A DNA stretch of 64,000 bases, from NCBI GenBank assembly GCA_018971415.1, contig JAGXAW010000002.1:9261-73260 (forward strand). The letters are read 5' to 3'. Made by a program: the position numbers and the translations under genes. The stretch comes from Betaproteobacteria bacterium. GTDB lineage: Bacteria; Pseudomonadota; Gammaproteobacteria; Burkholderiales; Ferrovaceae. The notes beneath the pieces were generated by a model. That model saw nothing but the letters and a program-made list of their open reading frames with translations. It was not told the DNA's origin and did not search any database. Below are positions 27,548 through 38,430 of this stretch, in pieces; within the stretch, counting starts at the first letter, position 1, and the number at the start of each line of letters is the position of its first letter.

Positions 27548-27772
27548 CTATAAGGTCGATGTGTGTGATTGAATGGTCAGTCGAACATCGGGATCAATCA
27601 AAGAAAATCGCTCGAAAACATGGGACTTGTTTAATGGTTCTGCAACCGAAGACTTAAAGATGCGATTGTAATCGGCAACTAGATCTTCTGGAGAAATTGC
27701 CTTTTTCTGCTCCAAAGCACGAAAAGCTCCGAGCAATATATTTTCGTCAGCAGATAACTTTAGCGTATTCAT
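27548..27772 (-). CDS. Small hypothetical protein coupled to the protease gene
   Basis: 74 aa; TAG-C-ATG junction with the protease start. Confidence 0.6.
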   Translation of the reverse strand: MNTLKLSADENILLGAFRALEQKKAISPEDLVADYNRIFKSSVAEPLNKSHVFERFSLIDPDVRLTIQSHTSTL

Positions 27773-27897
27773 TAATCTTACCCAAAAATTTTAACTAACT
27801 TATAAGTAAAGTATAACGTAAAAATGCTAAAGTATTGTTGTGTAGTGCTTATAGCTTTAGAAAATTTGAGAATTACAGAGTGCGTGTTAAGGTGCTC

Positions 27898-28009
27898 TGT
27901 GGGTGATTATAGCTGCCTCAGTAATTGGGGAAAGAGCCCTACTTTTCCCCACACAAAACCCACACAAATTATTTAAACATTATATTTTTCATTTAAAATC
28001 AAATGGTTA
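27898..28009. repeat. Island-end signature: tandem CCCACACAAA repeats plus an IHF consensus site
   Basis: CCCACACAAA at 27948-27957 and 27959-27968, inverted TGTGGG at 27898-27903, AATCAAATGGTTA (WATCAAN4TTR) at 27997-28009. Confidence 0.55.
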
Positions 28010-28020
28010 TATAATTTATA

Positions 28021-28096
28021 TGGTGCCGACAGTAAGAATCGAACTCACGACCTTCTGATTACAAATCAGCTGCTCTACCATCTGAGCTATGCCGGC
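28021..28096 (-). tRNA. tRNA-Thr(TGT)
   Basis: Full 76-nt cloverleaf, anticodon loop TTTGTAA, TTCGA T-loop, encoded CCA. Confidence 0.95.
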
Positions 28097-28120
28097 CTAA
28101 AAAAACACAATTTTACCTGA

Positions 28121-28543
28121 TTACTTGACGATTGTCAGGTTAGGCCTGGATTTTTTATCACCTAAAGGAGTGTCTTGTTCAAATGCTGAGGGTTGCTCTA
28201 ATTCGCTGGATATTACATCTGATGATTCTTGCTCAACCTCTGCCTCAAAAAACATACCCTCTCCTGTTTCCTTAGCATAGAGTCCAGTCACAGCAGCCCA
28301 GGGTACACTCACTTCTTGAGATACCCCAGAAAAACGAGCATTAAATTGTATAAGATCGTTTCCCATTTGTAGTCCACGACTGGCACTAGGGCTAATGTTC
28401 AGAACAATTTGACCGTCTTTAACATACTGTAATGGAACCCTTGTGTTGTGATTGACTGTCACGTGGATCAATGGAGTGAGTCCATTGTCACAACACCATT
28501 CCCATAATGCTCTGGCTAAGTAAGGCTTGGTTGAGGAAGCCAT
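28121..28543 (-). CDS. sspB: ClpXP adaptor, stringent starvation protein B
   Basis: STKPYL.RA..EWC.DN..TP, IQFNARFSG, C-terminal RP.L.IVK. Confidence 0.95.
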   Translation of the reverse strand: MASSTKPYLARALWEWCCDNGLTPLIHVTVNHNTRVPLQYVKDGQIVLNISPSASRGLQMGNDLIQFNARFSGVSQEVSVPWAAVTGLYAKETGEGMFFEAEVEQESSDVISSELEQPSAFEQDTPLGDKKSRPNLTIVK

Positions 28544-28547
28544 GACA

Positions 28548-29147
28548 CTACTTCCTCATAGCCTTTTCAGCAGGCGTCATTGAATCAATAAATGCTTGTC
28601 TTGCAAAAAGTCGCTCTGCATATTTAAGTAATGGAGCAGCTGTTTTAGGAAGCGTAATTTCGTAATGTTCTAAACGCCATAATAACGGTGCGATAGTAAC
28701 ATCTAACATTGAAAACTCTTCACCCAACATAAACTTCTGTTTAACAAATACAGGAGCGATTTGGGCCAAGCTTTCACGAACAGCAGCTCGGGCCTTATCA
28801 ATCAGTTTTGCATTACCGCTTTCAATAATCGAAACCTGATTGAAAAGCTCTTTTTCAAAACGGAATAAGAATAATCTTGCCCGTGCACGCATTACAGGAT
28901 CTGCGGGCATCAATTGAGGATGAGGAAATCGTTCATCAATATATTCGTTGATGATATTTGATTCAAATAAAATTAAATCTCTTTCCACCAGAATAGGCAC
29001 TTCATTATAGGGATTCATGATGCCAATATCTTCTGGCTTATTAAATAAATCGATATCAATAATCTGAAAATCCATGCCTTTTTCGTATAAAACGATACGG
29101 CAACGGTGGCTAAATGGGCACGTGGTGCCTGAATACAGTGTCATCAT
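28548..29147 (-). CDS. sspA: Stringent starvation protein A
   Basis: MMTLYSG..CPFSHR, GST fold, PHPQLMP; follows petC. Confidence 0.95.
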   Translation of the reverse strand: MMTLYSGTTCPFSHRCRIVLYEKGMDFQIIDIDLFNKPEDIGIMNPYNEVPILVERDLILFESNIINEYIDERFPHPQLMPADPVMRARARLFLFRFEKELFNQVSIIESGNAKLIDKARAAVRESLAQIAPVFVKQKFMLGEEFSMLDVTIAPLLWRLEHYEITLPKTAAPLLKYAERLFARQAFIDSMTPAEKAMRK

Positions 29148-29174
29148 AAAATATTATCTCGTACTAGACGTTAA

Positions 29175-29927
29175 TTAATGTATATCTTTCCAATACTCTT
29201 TTTTCAGGGCATAGGATAAGGCAAAGCCTAAAATTAGGAAGATTATGACACCATATCCCATATGAATTCTAGTCTCTCTGGCAGGTTCTGCCATAAAAGC
29301 CATATAGTTTACAAGATCATAGATAAACTGATTATACTCCGCAGGCGTTAATTTCCCCGGTTTTTCTACAACCAAATCAGTTAAAGCCAAATGTTGAATA
29401 TCTTTTGTAGGTCCAATAACTTGTGTTCCTTGCAAGGCATATAGGACGTGAGGCATTGCAACATTGGGAAAAACAACGTTATTCCAACCTGATGGACGAG
29501 TATCGTCCTTATAAAAGCCTTTTAAATAAGAATATAACCAATCAGCCCCCCTGACTCTGGCCTCAACAGACAAATCGGGCGGCGCAACACCAAACCACTC
29601 GGTCGCGTCCTTCGCACTAAAAGCCACTACCATATCATCACTGATTTTAGAGCCAGTGAGAATAAGATTTTCTTCAATTTGCTGCTTGCTCAAACCAATT
29701 TGTTTTAATAAATCATAACGTACAAACTTAGCTCCATGGCAAGTCACACAGTAATTAATGAAATGTTTCGCCCCTCTTTGTAGGGAGGGATAATCTGTGC
29801 CATTGATACTGATATGCTGCAATGGAACCGTCTCCTCTGCCTCACAAGATAAATGGACAAAACCAACCGACAGTAATAACAAAAAAGGTAATATTTTTTT
29901 TAGCATTACGCTGACATTCCTTATCAA
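29175..29927 (-). CDS. petC: Cytochrome c1
   Basis: YCVTCHG heme motif, PPDLS, AMPHVL, C-terminal TM anchor; start may be ATG 29906. Confidence 0.95.
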   Translation of the reverse strand: MIRNVSVMLKKILPFLLLLSVGFVHLSCEAEETVPLQHISINGTDYPSLQRGAKHFINYCVTCHGAKFVRYDLLKQIGLSKQQIEENLILTGSKISDDMVVAFSAKDATEWFGVAPPDLSVEARVRGADWLYSYLKGFYKDDTRPSGWNNVVFPNVAMPHVLYALQGTQVIGPTKDIQHLALTDLVVEKPGKLTPAEYNQFIYDLVNYMAFMAEPARETRIHMGYGVIIFLILGFALSYALKKEYWKDIH

Positions 29928-31141
29928 GTTAACCTCTCAGGAACAGGTTTTGTTTTATCCCAACGACTTATCCACGGAAGCGAAAAGAAAAAACCAAAAT
30001 AAATAACAGAACACACTCTTGATACGGGATTCACATACCAAATCGTTGGGTTTTGTGTCCCCATGTAACCCAACACAAGAAATGCTGAAAAAAAGGCAAA
30101 CAATGCGGTTTTATAGAGCGTGCCACGGTAACGAATAGATTTGACTAGACCTCGATCAAGCCAAGGAAGTAGCAAGAAAATAGCTACCGACAACCCCATG
30201 GCAATCACCCCCAACTGTTTTTGTGGAATGGCACGCAAGATAGCGTAAAAGGGAGTGAAATACCACACGGGCTCAATGTGAGACGGGGTTTTTAAAGGGT
30301 CTGCAGGAATAAAATTGTTGGCTTCTAAAAAGTGGCCACCAAATTCTGGACTAAAAAACACAATGGCAAAGAAAACAATAAAAAAGGCCATTAAACCTAC
30401 TAAATCCTTAACGGTGTAGTAGGGATGAAAAGGAATGCCATCAAGCGGGATCCCCGTACTAGGGTCTTTTACTTTCTTGATTTCAATGCCGTCTGGATTG
30501 TTCGATCCAACGCTATGAAGTGCGACAATATGCAAAAATACCAAGATACATAACAACAAAGGAATCGCTATGACATGGAAGGCAAAGAAACGATTCAGTG
30601 TGGCGTCAGCTATCACGTAATCCCCACGAATCCATAAAGCAAGAGCTGGACTTAAGGCATCAATCAAGGACACAATGACTTGGGCACCCCAATAAGACAT
30701 CTGTCCCCAGGGCAGTAAATAACCAAAAAATGCCTCTGCCATTAAACAAAAATAAATTGCCATACCCAACAGCCAAATCAACTCCCTTGGTTTTTTATAC
30801 GAGCCATAGAGCATACCGCGTGTCATATGTAAATAAATCACAACAAAAAACATGGAAGCACCGGTAGAGTGCATATAGCGAATTAACCAACCATAATCCA
30901 CATCACGCATGATGTATTCCACTGAAGCGAAGGCCAACTTCGCATCAGGCTTGTAATTCATGGTTAAAAATATGCCCGTCACAATTTGCATAACGAGAAC
31001 AATAGTGGCTAACGAACCAAAGTAATACCAAAAATTAAAATTTTTGGGGGCGTAATACTCCGCCAAATGATCGCGCCATACAGACGTTAATGGAAAACGG
31101 TCATCTATCCAATGTTGTAGTCGTGATAATGTGGCCCTCAT
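29924..31141 (-). CDS. petB: Cytochrome b
   Basis: [25 protein letters not shown]; start 31141 chosen from SD GGAGAGG. Confidence 0.95.
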   Translation of the reverse strand: MRATLSRLQHWIDDRFPLTSVWRDHLAEYYAPKNFNFWYYFGSLATIVLVMQIVTGIFLTMNYKPDAKLAFASVEYIMRDVDYGWLIRYMHSTGASMFFVVIYLHMTRGMLYGSYKKPRELIWLLGMAIYFCLMAEAFFGYLLPWGQMSYWGAQVIVSLIDALSPALALWIRGDYVIADATLNRFFAFHVIAIPLLLCILVFLHIVALHSVGSNNPDGIEIKKVKDPSTGIPLDGIPFHPYYTVKDLVGLMAFFIVFFAIVFFSPEFGGHFLEANNFIPADPLKTPSHIEPVWYFTPFYAILRAIPQKQLGVIAMGLSVAIFLLLPWLDRGLVKSIRYRGTLYKTALFAFFSAFLVLGYMGTQNPTIWYVNPVSRVCSVIYFGFFFSLPWISRWDKTKPVPERLT

Positions 31142-31142
31142 A

Positions 31143-31745
31143 TCAAGCCTCTCCTTGGTCATCACCAATCAGAATTTTTTTATTTGCCAGGTATTTGTAA
31201 GGAGGGATACGCATGTTAAAGGGCGCAGGAACAGCTTTAAACACCCTAGCAGACATGTCGTATTTAGATCCATGACAGGGGCAGAAAAACCCTCCAGGCC
31301 AATCGCTACTCATCCCATCAGCAGCGCCAACTTTCGTTTTACTGACAGGCGAGCAGCCCAAATGAGTACAAATACCTACTACCACCAAAATCTCAGGATG
31401 CGAACTCATAGATCGACTGGTGTTTTTACAATAAGCAGGCTGCTCAGAACTGTTAGAATCTGGGTCAGCCAAAAACTGCGTATTTTTACTCAATTGTTCC
31501 ATCATTTGAGTAGTACGATATACAATCCATATAGGTTGACCACGCCATTCTTGGGTGATCATCATGCCAGGCTCAAGAGATGAAATATCAACTTCAACGG
31601 GCGCTCCTGCCGATTTGGTTTTGGCGCTGGGTAACATGCTGCTAACTAAGGGAGTGGCAATTGCCGTGACGCCTGCAGCACCCATGGCGACTGTGGCACT
31701 TACCAGAAACTGACGTCTGCCAGAATTGGTATTATTTGAATTCAT
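31143..31745 (-). CDS. petA: Rieske iron-sulfur subunit
   Basis: Tat motif RRQFL, CTHLGC, CPCHGS. Confidence 0.95.
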   Translation of the reverse strand: MNSNNTNSGRRQFLVSATVAMGAAGVTAIATPLVSSMLPSAKTKSAGAPVEVDISSLEPGMMITQEWRGQPIWIVYRTTQMMEQLSKNTQFLADPDSNSSEQPAYCKNTSRSMSSHPEILVVVGICTHLGCSPVSKTKVGAADGMSSDWPGGFFCPCHGSKYDMSARVFKAVPAPFNMRIPPYKYLANKKILIGDDQGEA

Positions 31746-31890
31746 AACAAATGACCTATTTAGGCTAATATAATGCAACTAAATTTCATTTTATCAGAAC
31801 AGTATCTTAAGCTTAAGTATCTTTTATGAAATTTAAGAAAAAATTCAATAACTTAAGAATCAATCTAAACTAATTATTACTTACACACTT

Positions 31891-33060
31891 ATGAAAAAAC
31901 TTTGGCTGGTGTTTGCGCAATCCGTTACTGTCTGCTTAGGGATTATTTTCATCATCAGTCTCTTTCGAAATGATCTGATTACACACGCTCCCGTATTTAG
32001 CTCTCTCAATTCAACGGCCACAAGTAAAGCAGCTCCTCCCTACTCATTTCGTATGGCCGCTAAAAAAGCCATGCCTTCAGTAGTGAACATCTTTACCACC
32101 AAAGAGGTCAGTAATCCACACAGCTCAATATTTCCTAACAATCCTGAGCTAAAGAAATTTTTTAACGATAACTTCCCAGCCACACCAGAAAAACAATTAA
32201 GCCTTGGCTCCGGTGTGATTGTTCTCGCACAAGGTTACATCTTAACCAATGATCATGTAATTGATGGCGCTCAGGAAATACAGGTTGTCCTGACTGACGG
32301 GCGCGTCGCTAAAGCCAATGTGGTGGGCACTGATCCTGAAACAGATCTTGCTGTTTTAAAAATAAATCTTAATAACCTGTCGCCTATTACGTATGGATCC
32401 TCAGAGAACGTGAGCGTTGGAGATATCGCCATCGCCATTGGTAACCCCTTTGGTGTTGGCGAGACCGTTACCATGGGGATTGTTAGCGCCCTAGGTCGTA
32501 ACCGTCTTGGACTCAATACCTTTGAAAACTTTATTCAAACCGATGCCGCCATTAATCCAGGTAATTCAGGCGGAGCGCTGGTTGACTCAAATGGTAATTT
32601 AATTGGTATTAATACTGCCATTTACTCTAAATCCGGTGGTTCACAAGGCATTGGTTTTAGCATTCCCGTTAGTACTGCCAAAAATGTTATGCAGGCAATT
32701 ATTGAACATGGCGAAGTGATACGCGGATGGATTGGCGTTGAAGCCCAAGATCTCACCCCTGAGCTCGCTGACTCTTTTCATTTACCGAGCACACAAGGGG
32801 CTCTCTTAGCAGGTATTTTAACCAACGGACCTGCTGATAAAGCAGGCGCCAAGCCAGGTGACATATTAATTGAAGTTGATGGACACGTCATTAATGACTC
32901 AAGGGATATGTTGAATCAAGTAGCGACGCTGACGCCAAAAACCAAAATAACCATTAAGGTATTAAGAAACGGTAGAACAATAACCCTGAATTTAACCGTT
33001 GATAAACGCCCGAAAGGTCACATCAAGAATCCAGAGGAACAGGACTCTCCTTTACCCTAG
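31891..33060 (+). CDS. HtrA (DegS/DegQ-like) serine protease with a single PDZ domain
   Basis: TNDHV, DLAV, GNSGG triad motifs; N-terminal anchor. Confidence 0.9.
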   Translation: MKKLWLVFAQSVTVCLGIIFIISLFRNDLITHAPVFSSLNSTATSKAAPPYSFRMAAKKAMPSVVNIFTTKEVSNPHSSIFPNNPELKKFFNDNFPATPEKQLSLGSGVIVLAQGYILTNDHVIDGAQEIQVVLTDGRVAKANVVGTDPETDLAVLKINLNNLSPITYGSSENVSVGDIAIAIGNPFGVGETVTMGIVSALGRNRLGLNTFENFIQTDAAINPGNSGGALVDSNGNLIGINTAIYSKSGGSQGIGFSIPVSTAKNVMQAIIEHGEVIRGWIGVEAQDLTPELADSFHLPSTQGALLAGILTNGPADKAGAKPGDILIEVDGHVINDSRDMLNQVATLTPKTKITIKVLRNGRTITLNLTVDKRPKGHIKNPEEQDSPLP

Positions 33061-33778
33061 GACTCATGCGACTTGCCGCAATGATCCCAACCTCGTAAAG
33101 AAACCAAAGGGGCAGGGCGAGAAGGGTTTGTGAAATGGCATCGGGCGGCGTAAATACAGCGCCCACGATAAAGGCCCCGACGATCACGTATCGCCTTGCG
33201 CCACGTAGCTGCGCAACAGACAATACCCCAAATTTAACCAATAAAATAACTGCCACAGGGGTTTCAAACGCCAAACCAAAGGCAATAAACATATTGATCA
33301 CAAAGCTTAAGTACTTGTCGATATCCGTCATAATCTCTACGCCTTGGGGCGCGGTATTGGCAATAAAACCAAAGACAAACGGAAAAACGCCAAAATAAGC
33401 AAATAACATTCCGCAATAAAATAAGCATGTGCTACTGACAATTAAAGGTAATGCCATTTTTTTTTCGTGAGAGTATAAGCCTGGTGCAATAAATCCCCAT
33501 ACTTGACTTAGAACATAAGGCAAAGCAATCAAAAAGGCCACCAATCCCGCAACTTTCATGGGTACAAAAAATGGCGTGGTTACCTCAGTGGCAATCATAT
33601 GGCCACCAATTGGCATTTTTTTTAATAAGGGCAAAGCCAACCAAGTATAAAGACGGTTAGCAATCGGCAACAGACATAAAAAAACAACAAATACCGACGC
33701 TACCGCTCTAATTAACCTTGTTCGTAATTCAATCAGATGCGTAATGAATTCTTGAACACCGCTACTTTCTTCTATCAC
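33023..33778 (-). CDS. tatC: Tat translocase TatC
   Basis: HLIELRTRL, FE.PV, TPPD. Confidence 0.95.
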   Translation of the reverse strand: MIEESSGVQEFITHLIELRTRLIRAVASVFVVFLCLLPIANRLYTWLALPLLKKMPIGGHMIATEVTTPFFVPMKVAGLVAFLIALPYVLSQVWGFIAPGLYSHEKKMALPLIVSSTCLFYCGMLFAYFGVFPFVFGFIANTAPQGVEIMTDIDKYLSFVINMFIAFGLAFETPVAVILLVKFGVLSVAQLRGARRYVIVGAFIVGAVFTPPDAISQTLLALPLWFLYEVGIIAASRMSPRVKESPVPLDS

Positions 33779-34266
33779 TTGGCCTCCGTGGGTGGCGTGT
33801 CATCCAGTGACAATGGGAATTGAGCGCTTTTAATGGGCTGACTTCGTGTGAGACTTTTCGCTCGAACACTGTAAGGATCACCTGCAACACCAACAATAGC
33901 AGTGGTTGCAATATCCAAGTTACGATAATTCGTTGCCACAGTCTCAGGTACCGCCTGAGCGGCTGAATGAATAGTATTGTCTACCGTTTCAACAGGGCTA
34001 TTTAAGAAATCACCGGTTTTTTCTTTGGATTGATTAAGTATCTCTTGCGCCTCATGTTGCGCATTTTTAATCTTCTCTTGAACTTCTTTTAGCTGTGCTT
34101 TTTCTAATTCAGTGTCAATTTCTCGTTTGACCGTTTCCGCATAACGTCTAAATCGTCCGAATAAAATTCCTGCACCTCGGGCAACACGCGGCAGCCTCTC
34201 AGGCCCAATGGCGATCAGTGCAACCAAGGCCACTAAAGCGATTTCGGAAAAACTATAATTAAACAT
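33775..34266 (-). CDS. tatB: Tat translocase TatB
   Basis: FSE...ALVAL..GPERLP.VAR. Confidence 0.95.
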   Translation of the reverse strand: MFNYSFSEIALVALVALIAIGPERLPRVARGAGILFGRFRRYAETVKREIDTELEKAQLKEVQEKIKNAQHEAQEILNQSKEKTGDFLNSPVETVDNTIHSAAQAVPETVATNYRNLDIATTAIVGVAGDPYSVRAKSLTRSQPIKSAQFPLSLDDTPPTEAK

Positions 34267-34292
34267 GAATTAGACAATACCAAGTAAGGGAA

Positions 34293-34541
34293 TTATGAGT
34301 GTTCTTTTGATTTATTCGCCATTTCTTGGTTAACTGTATTACTTGTCTGCTCTTCAATAGGCTTTTTTTCAGCAGTATCAGCATGTGAAGCAGTTTCGCC
34401 ACCTCCAGCCATACCCTCTTTAAAACTTTTTACGGCACCACCAAGATCTGAGCCAATATTGCGTAATTTTTTAGTACCAAATACCAAAACCACAATCAAT
34501 AAAATGAGTAGTAAATGTTGAATTGTAAATAAGTCACCCAT
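34293..34541 (-). CDS. tatA: Tat translocase TatA
   Basis: [24 protein letters not shown]. Confidence 0.95.
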   Translation of the reverse strand: MGDLFTIQHLLLILLIVVLVFGTKKLRNIGSDLGGAVKSFKEGMAGGGETASHADTAEKKPIEEQTSNTVNQEMANKSKEHS

Positions 34542-34598
34542 GAATCCCTCCGCTATAAATAATAATTATTGATCCATTCTAAATGGTTAAGCTGTTAA

Positions 34599-34925
34599 CT
34601 ACAAACTTCCGCCACCCATAACATGGACATGCAAATGAAAGACCTCTTGTCCCCCTGCCAACCCAGTGTTAACTAGTGTTTTATAGCCATCAGGCAAACC
34701 TTCTTGTTTGGCAAGCTTCGAGGTCATTAACATCATTTTACCCAGCAACTGTTGATCTTCAGACTGACAATCCATTAAAGAGGAAATGTGTTTTTTAGGA
34801 ATAATCATAAAGTGAACTTTCATGTGAGGACGAATATCGTAAAACGCAAAAGTATCCTCATCTTCATACACTTTTTTGCTGGGTATTTGTCCTGCAATAA
34901 TCTTACAAAAAACACAGTCAGTCAT
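34599..34925 (-). CDS. hinT: HIT-family nucleotide-binding protein
   Basis: DCVFCKI, GQEVFHLHVH. Confidence 0.9.
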   Translation of the reverse strand: MTDCVFCKIIAGQIPSKKVYEDEDTFAFYDIRPHMKVHFMIIPKKHISSLMDCQSEDQQLLGKMMLMTSKLAKQEGLPDGYKTLVNTGLAGGQEVFHLHVHVMGGGSL

Positions 34926-34937
34926 GAATGCTCCCCC

Positions 34938-35258
34938 TTAACGTGATGCCTTCTCATCAATTCCCGAAATACCCTCTCGCCTTGCCAGCTCTGCCATAAC
35001 ATCATCCATTGATAAATCAAAATATGCCAACAACACCATCAAATGGAAACACAGGTCAGCACTTTCTTTAACAATTTCTAACTTAACGCCATCTTTCGCT
35101 GCAAGAATGGTTTCAAGCGCCTCTTCACCTACTTTACGGGTTATTGTATTTATACCCTTATGATACAAAGAGGCGACGTAAGAGGAGTCGGCTGAAGATT
35201 CTTTTCTGGCATTAAGTGTTTCAGTGAGTCTCACTAGGATATCTTGATAGCCGCTCAT
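34938..35258 (-). CDS. hisE: Phosphoribosyl-ATP pyrophosphatase
   Basis: SYVASL, KVGEEA.E, E.ADL.FH. Confidence 0.95.
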   Translation of the reverse strand: MSGYQDILVRLTETLNARKESSADSSYVASLYHKGINTITRKVGEEALETILAAKDGVKLEIVKESADLCFHLMVLLAYFDLSMDDVMAELARREGISGIDEKASR

Positions 35259-35653
35259 GATGACGATCCTTTTTTATAAATGGTTGAAGGCGCTTTTTTA
35301 ACGTCCTCAACTTCTAACCAGGTATTATTTTGCCATTTTTTATAAAAACAATGAGCTCTTCCCGTGTGACAGGCGATACCCCCAATTTGCTCTACCAACA
35401 ACAACAAAGTATCACCGTCGCAGTCGAGGCGAATTTCTTTTACTTTTTGAAAGTGCCCTGATTCTTCACCCTTATGCCACAGTTTATTCCGCGAACGAGA
35501 CCAATAAACAGCTTCACCTTTTTCAATGGTCATGCTTAGTGACTCTCGATTCATCCAAGCCAGCATTAACACTTGATGCGTATTTATATCCTGAGCAATA
35601 ACAGGAATCAAACCTTGATCATTCCATTGAACAGCCGATAACCAATCGCTCAC
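35255..35653 (-). CDS. hisI: Phosphoribosyl-AMP cyclohydrolase
   Basis: YWSRSR..LW.KGEESG, DCDGD, ACHTG..CF. Confidence 0.95.
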   Translation of the reverse strand: MSDWLSAVQWNDQGLIPVIAQDINTHQVLMLAWMNRESLSMTIEKGEAVYWSRSRNKLWHKGEESGHFQKVKEIRLDCDGDTLLLLVEQIGGIACHTGRAHCFYKKWQNNTWLEVEDVKKAPSTIYKKGSSS

Positions 35654-36414
35654 AATCTCACCTCGACACCATGGTCTCGTAAATACGTTTTGGCCTCTCT
35701 AACCGTATATTCGCCATAATGAAAAATACTGGCAGCGAGAACCGCGTCTGCGCCACCTAACTTGATCCCATCAACCAAGTCTTGGAGGCTGCCAACCCCC
35801 CCACTAGCAATAATTGGAATCCCCACTGATTCACTGATTTTTTTGGTTAGCTCAAGATCAAAACCTGATTTTGTTCCATCCCGATCCATACTGGTAATTA
35901 ATAACTCACCAGCACCCAATTGATAACAAGATAGTGCCCATTCAACAGCATCTAAACCAGTTTCTTTCCTACCACCATGGGTGAATACACCATACCCTGA
36001 GGGTGTTGCAGCACGTTTAGCATCAATCGCAACAACAATACATTGTGAGCCAAATTTTTGTGATGCCTCAAAGATAAGCTGAGGGTTCAAAATAGCGGCT
36101 GTATTGATACTAACCTTATCGGCGCCAACATTAAGAAGCGTTCTAATATCTTCTACTTGCCGTACCCCCCCTCCAACAGTTAAGGGAATAAATACCTGTG
36201 AGGAGACTTGCTCTATGATGGGGAGAATTAAGCCTCTGTCCTCAGAACTGGCCGTGATATCAAGAAAAGTGACCTCATCGGCGCCTTGCTCGTCATAACG
36301 CTTAGCAATCTCCACAGGGTCGCCCGCATCCTTAAGACCGAGAAAATTAATTCCCTTCACAACACGCCCCGCATTAACATCAAGACAGGGAATAATTCTT
36401 TTGGCTAAAGACAT
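35650..36414 (-). CDS. hisF: Imidazole glycerol phosphate synthase cyclase subunit
   Basis: [24 protein letters not shown]. Confidence 0.95.
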   Translation of the reverse strand: MSLAKRIIPCLDVNAGRVVKGINFLGLKDAGDPVEIAKRYDEQGADEVTFLDITASSEDRGLILPIIEQVSSQVFIPLTVGGGVRQVEDIRTLLNVGADKVSINTAAILNPQLIFEASQKFGSQCIVVAIDAKRAATPSGYGVFTHGGRKETGLDAVEWALSCYQLGAGELLITSMDRDGTKSGFDLELTKKISESVGIPIIASGGVGSLQDLVDGIKLGGADAVLAASIFHYGEYTVREAKTYLRDHGVEVRL

Positions 36415-36420
36415 AATGGA

Positions 36421-37179
36421 CTAAATACTGGTCTTAGGTGGGTGCGACAAAGAGATAGCAAGCTGATTAGCCTCTTTAAAATTAAGCTTCCCTTCATAAA
36501 TGGCGCGACCCGTAATCGCTCCCATAATACCTTCTTCTTCAACCTCGCACAGCGCCCTGACATCATCAAGGTTAGATATGCCGCCACTTGCAATCACCGG
36601 AATAATGAGTTGCTGGGCTAGCGCTACGGTGGCTGGAATATTCACTCCGGTTAGCATTCCGTCTCGGCCGATATCGGTATAAATAATGGCTTCAACACCA
36701 TAATCTTGAAAACGCTTGGCCAAATCGTTCACCTCATGACCGGTCAGCTTTGACCATCCGTCCACAGCCACTTTTCCATCCTTTGCATCTAAACCCACAA
36801 TAACATGGCCTGGAAACGCGTCGCAGGCTTCATGTAAAAAACCAGGGTTTTTCACAGCAGCTGTTCCAATGATAACTTCAGTCACACCACTGTCTAGGTA
36901 ACGCTCAATGATATCTAAGTCACGTATACCACCACCCACCTGAATAGGAATATCACCATTAATTTCATCCACAATTTCACGGATTGCCCGTTCATTTTGA
37001 GGTTTACCAGCAAAAGCCCCATTCAAATCAACTAAATGTATGCGTTGTGCACCATTGTCTAGCCAATATCTGGCCATGGCAGCGGGTTCTTCAGAGAATA
37101 CTGTAGCTTCTTCCATTAAACCTTGTTTGAGACGAACGCAGTGCCCGTCTTTAAGATCAATAGCAGGGATTAAAATCAT
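36421..37179 (-). CDS. hisA: ProFAR isomerase
   Basis: [33 protein letters not shown]. Confidence 0.95.
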   Translation of the reverse strand: MILIPAIDLKDGHCVRLKQGLMEEATVFSEEPAAMARYWLDNGAQRIHLVDLNGAFAGKPQNERAIREIVDEINGDIPIQVGGGIRDLDIIERYLDSGVTEVIIGTAAVKNPGFLHEACDAFPGHVIVGLDAKDGKVAVDGWSKLTGHEVNDLAKRFQDYGVEAIIYTDIGRDGMLTGVNIPATVALAQQLIIPVIASGGISNLDDVRALCEVEEEGIMGAITGRAIYEGKLNFKEANQLAISLSHPPKTSI

Positions 37180-37185
37180 GATTAT

Positions 37186-37821
37186 TTAGGGCTTCCATTG
37201 AACAAAATTTTCTAATAAAGTCAGGCCTGAAGCGGCACTTTTTTCTGGGTGAAACTGCACAGCAAAAATATTGTCTCTTGCCACTGCACAGGTAAAGGAC
37301 TCTGGATAGCGGCTAATTCCACTTGCGATTGCCTCTTTTTCTCTCACATAATAACTGTGTACAAAGTAAAATCTACTTTGATTCGAGATGGATTTCCATA
37401 ATGGATGTTCCATAGATTGCTCGACTTGATTCCAACCCATATGAGGTATTTTAAGTCGGCTCCCACACTCATCAAAGAGTTGAGCCTCGTTAAAACGCAC
37501 CACATCACCTTTAAATACCCCTAAAGCGTGAGTGTTGCCCTCTTCGGAATGCTCAAACAGCATTTGTAAGCCCAAGCAAATCCCTAAAAAAGGTTTATTG
37601 TTCGCTACCTCTAACAGCACCTCTGTTAAGCCGAGTTGTTTAAGCTCACGCATACAATCTGGCATTGCACCTTGACCTGGAAAGACCACACGATCCGCCG
37701 TTCTAATCAGCTGTGGATCAGAAGTCACTTTAATAGACTGCAAGGGTGCTACCTGTTGAAGTGCTTTTTCTACGGAGCGCAAATTACCCATTCCGTAGTC
37801 AACAATGACAATTTCGCTCAC
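37186..37821 (-). CDS. hisH: Imidazole glycerol phosphate synthase glutaminase subunit
   Basis: DYGMGNL.SV, GICLG, PHMGWN, QFHPEKS. Confidence 0.95.
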   Translation of the reverse strand: MSEIVIVDYGMGNLRSVEKALQQVAPLQSIKVTSDPQLIRTADRVVFPGQGAMPDCMRELKQLGLTEVLLEVANNKPFLGICLGLQMLFEHSEEGNTHALGVFKGDVVRFNEAQLFDECGSRLKIPHMGWNQVEQSMEHPLWKSISNQSRFYFVHSYYVREKEAIASGISRYPESFTCAVARDNIFAVQFHPEKSAASGLTLLENFVQWKP

Positions 37822-37839
37822 AGTTCACTATCACTCTTA

Positions 37840-38427
37840 TTAAAGAGCCCCTTTGGTAGATGGAATAACACCAGCTATTCTTGGGTCATGTTCAGTGGCC
37901 ATACGAAGAGCGCGCCCAAAAGCCTTAAACAAGGTTTCAGCTTGATGGTGAGCATTACGCCCTTTGAGATTATCGATATGTAAAGTTATTTGTGCGTGAT
38001 TAACAAATCCTTGAAAAAATTCAAAGAACAAATCAACGTCAAAATCACCGATTCGTGCTCGGGTAAAAGGAACATCAAAAAACAAACCTGGTCTACCAGA
38101 TAAATCAACAACGACCCTTGATAAAGACTCGTCCAAGGGTACCATAGCAAAACCATAGCGCCTTAACCCTTGCTTGCTCCCTAAGGCCTGAGCGAGGGCT
38201 TGTCCTATAGTGATACCGATGTCTTCTACCGTATGATGTGCATCAATGTGAAGGTCACCCTGACATTGAACAGAAAGATCAATTAAACCATGCCGAGCCA
38301 CTTGATCAAGCATGTGATCAAGAAAAGCAATACCCGTGTTCAGGTTAGCATTACCTTGTCCATCTAAATTAATTTGGACACTGACCTGGGTTTCTAATGT
38401 GTTTCGTTTTACTTCAGCCGTTCTCAT
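37840..38427 (-). CDS. hisB: Imidazoleglycerol-phosphate dehydratase
   Basis: R.T.ET, HHTVED, N.HHQAE..FKA. Confidence 0.95.
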   Translation of the reverse strand: MRTAEVKRNTLETQVSVQINLDGQGNANLNTGIAFLDHMLDQVARHGLIDLSVQCQGDLHIDAHHTVEDIGITIGQALAQALGSKQGLRRYGFAMVPLDESLSRVVVDLSGRPGLFFDVPFTRARIGDFDVDLFFEFFQGFVNHAQITLHIDNLKGRNAHHQAETLFKAFGRALRMATEHDPRIAGVIPSTKGAL

Positions 38428-38430
38428 GGT

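Larger units (their letters stand above)
1..28020. mobile_element. Genomic island adjoining the tRNA-Thr 3' end (left boundary lies outside the window)
   Basis: Accessory cargo (metal resistance, RM, TA, relaxase, IS remnants) with patchy GC ends exactly at the tRNA CCA end; AT-rich housekeeping genes start immediately beyond. No integrase seen. Confidence 0.8.

Noticed and set aside
31746-31890. No Nif3-like gene between petA and the HtrA gene
   Set aside because: Ordinary gene-order variation or loss in a compact genome; no remnant visible.
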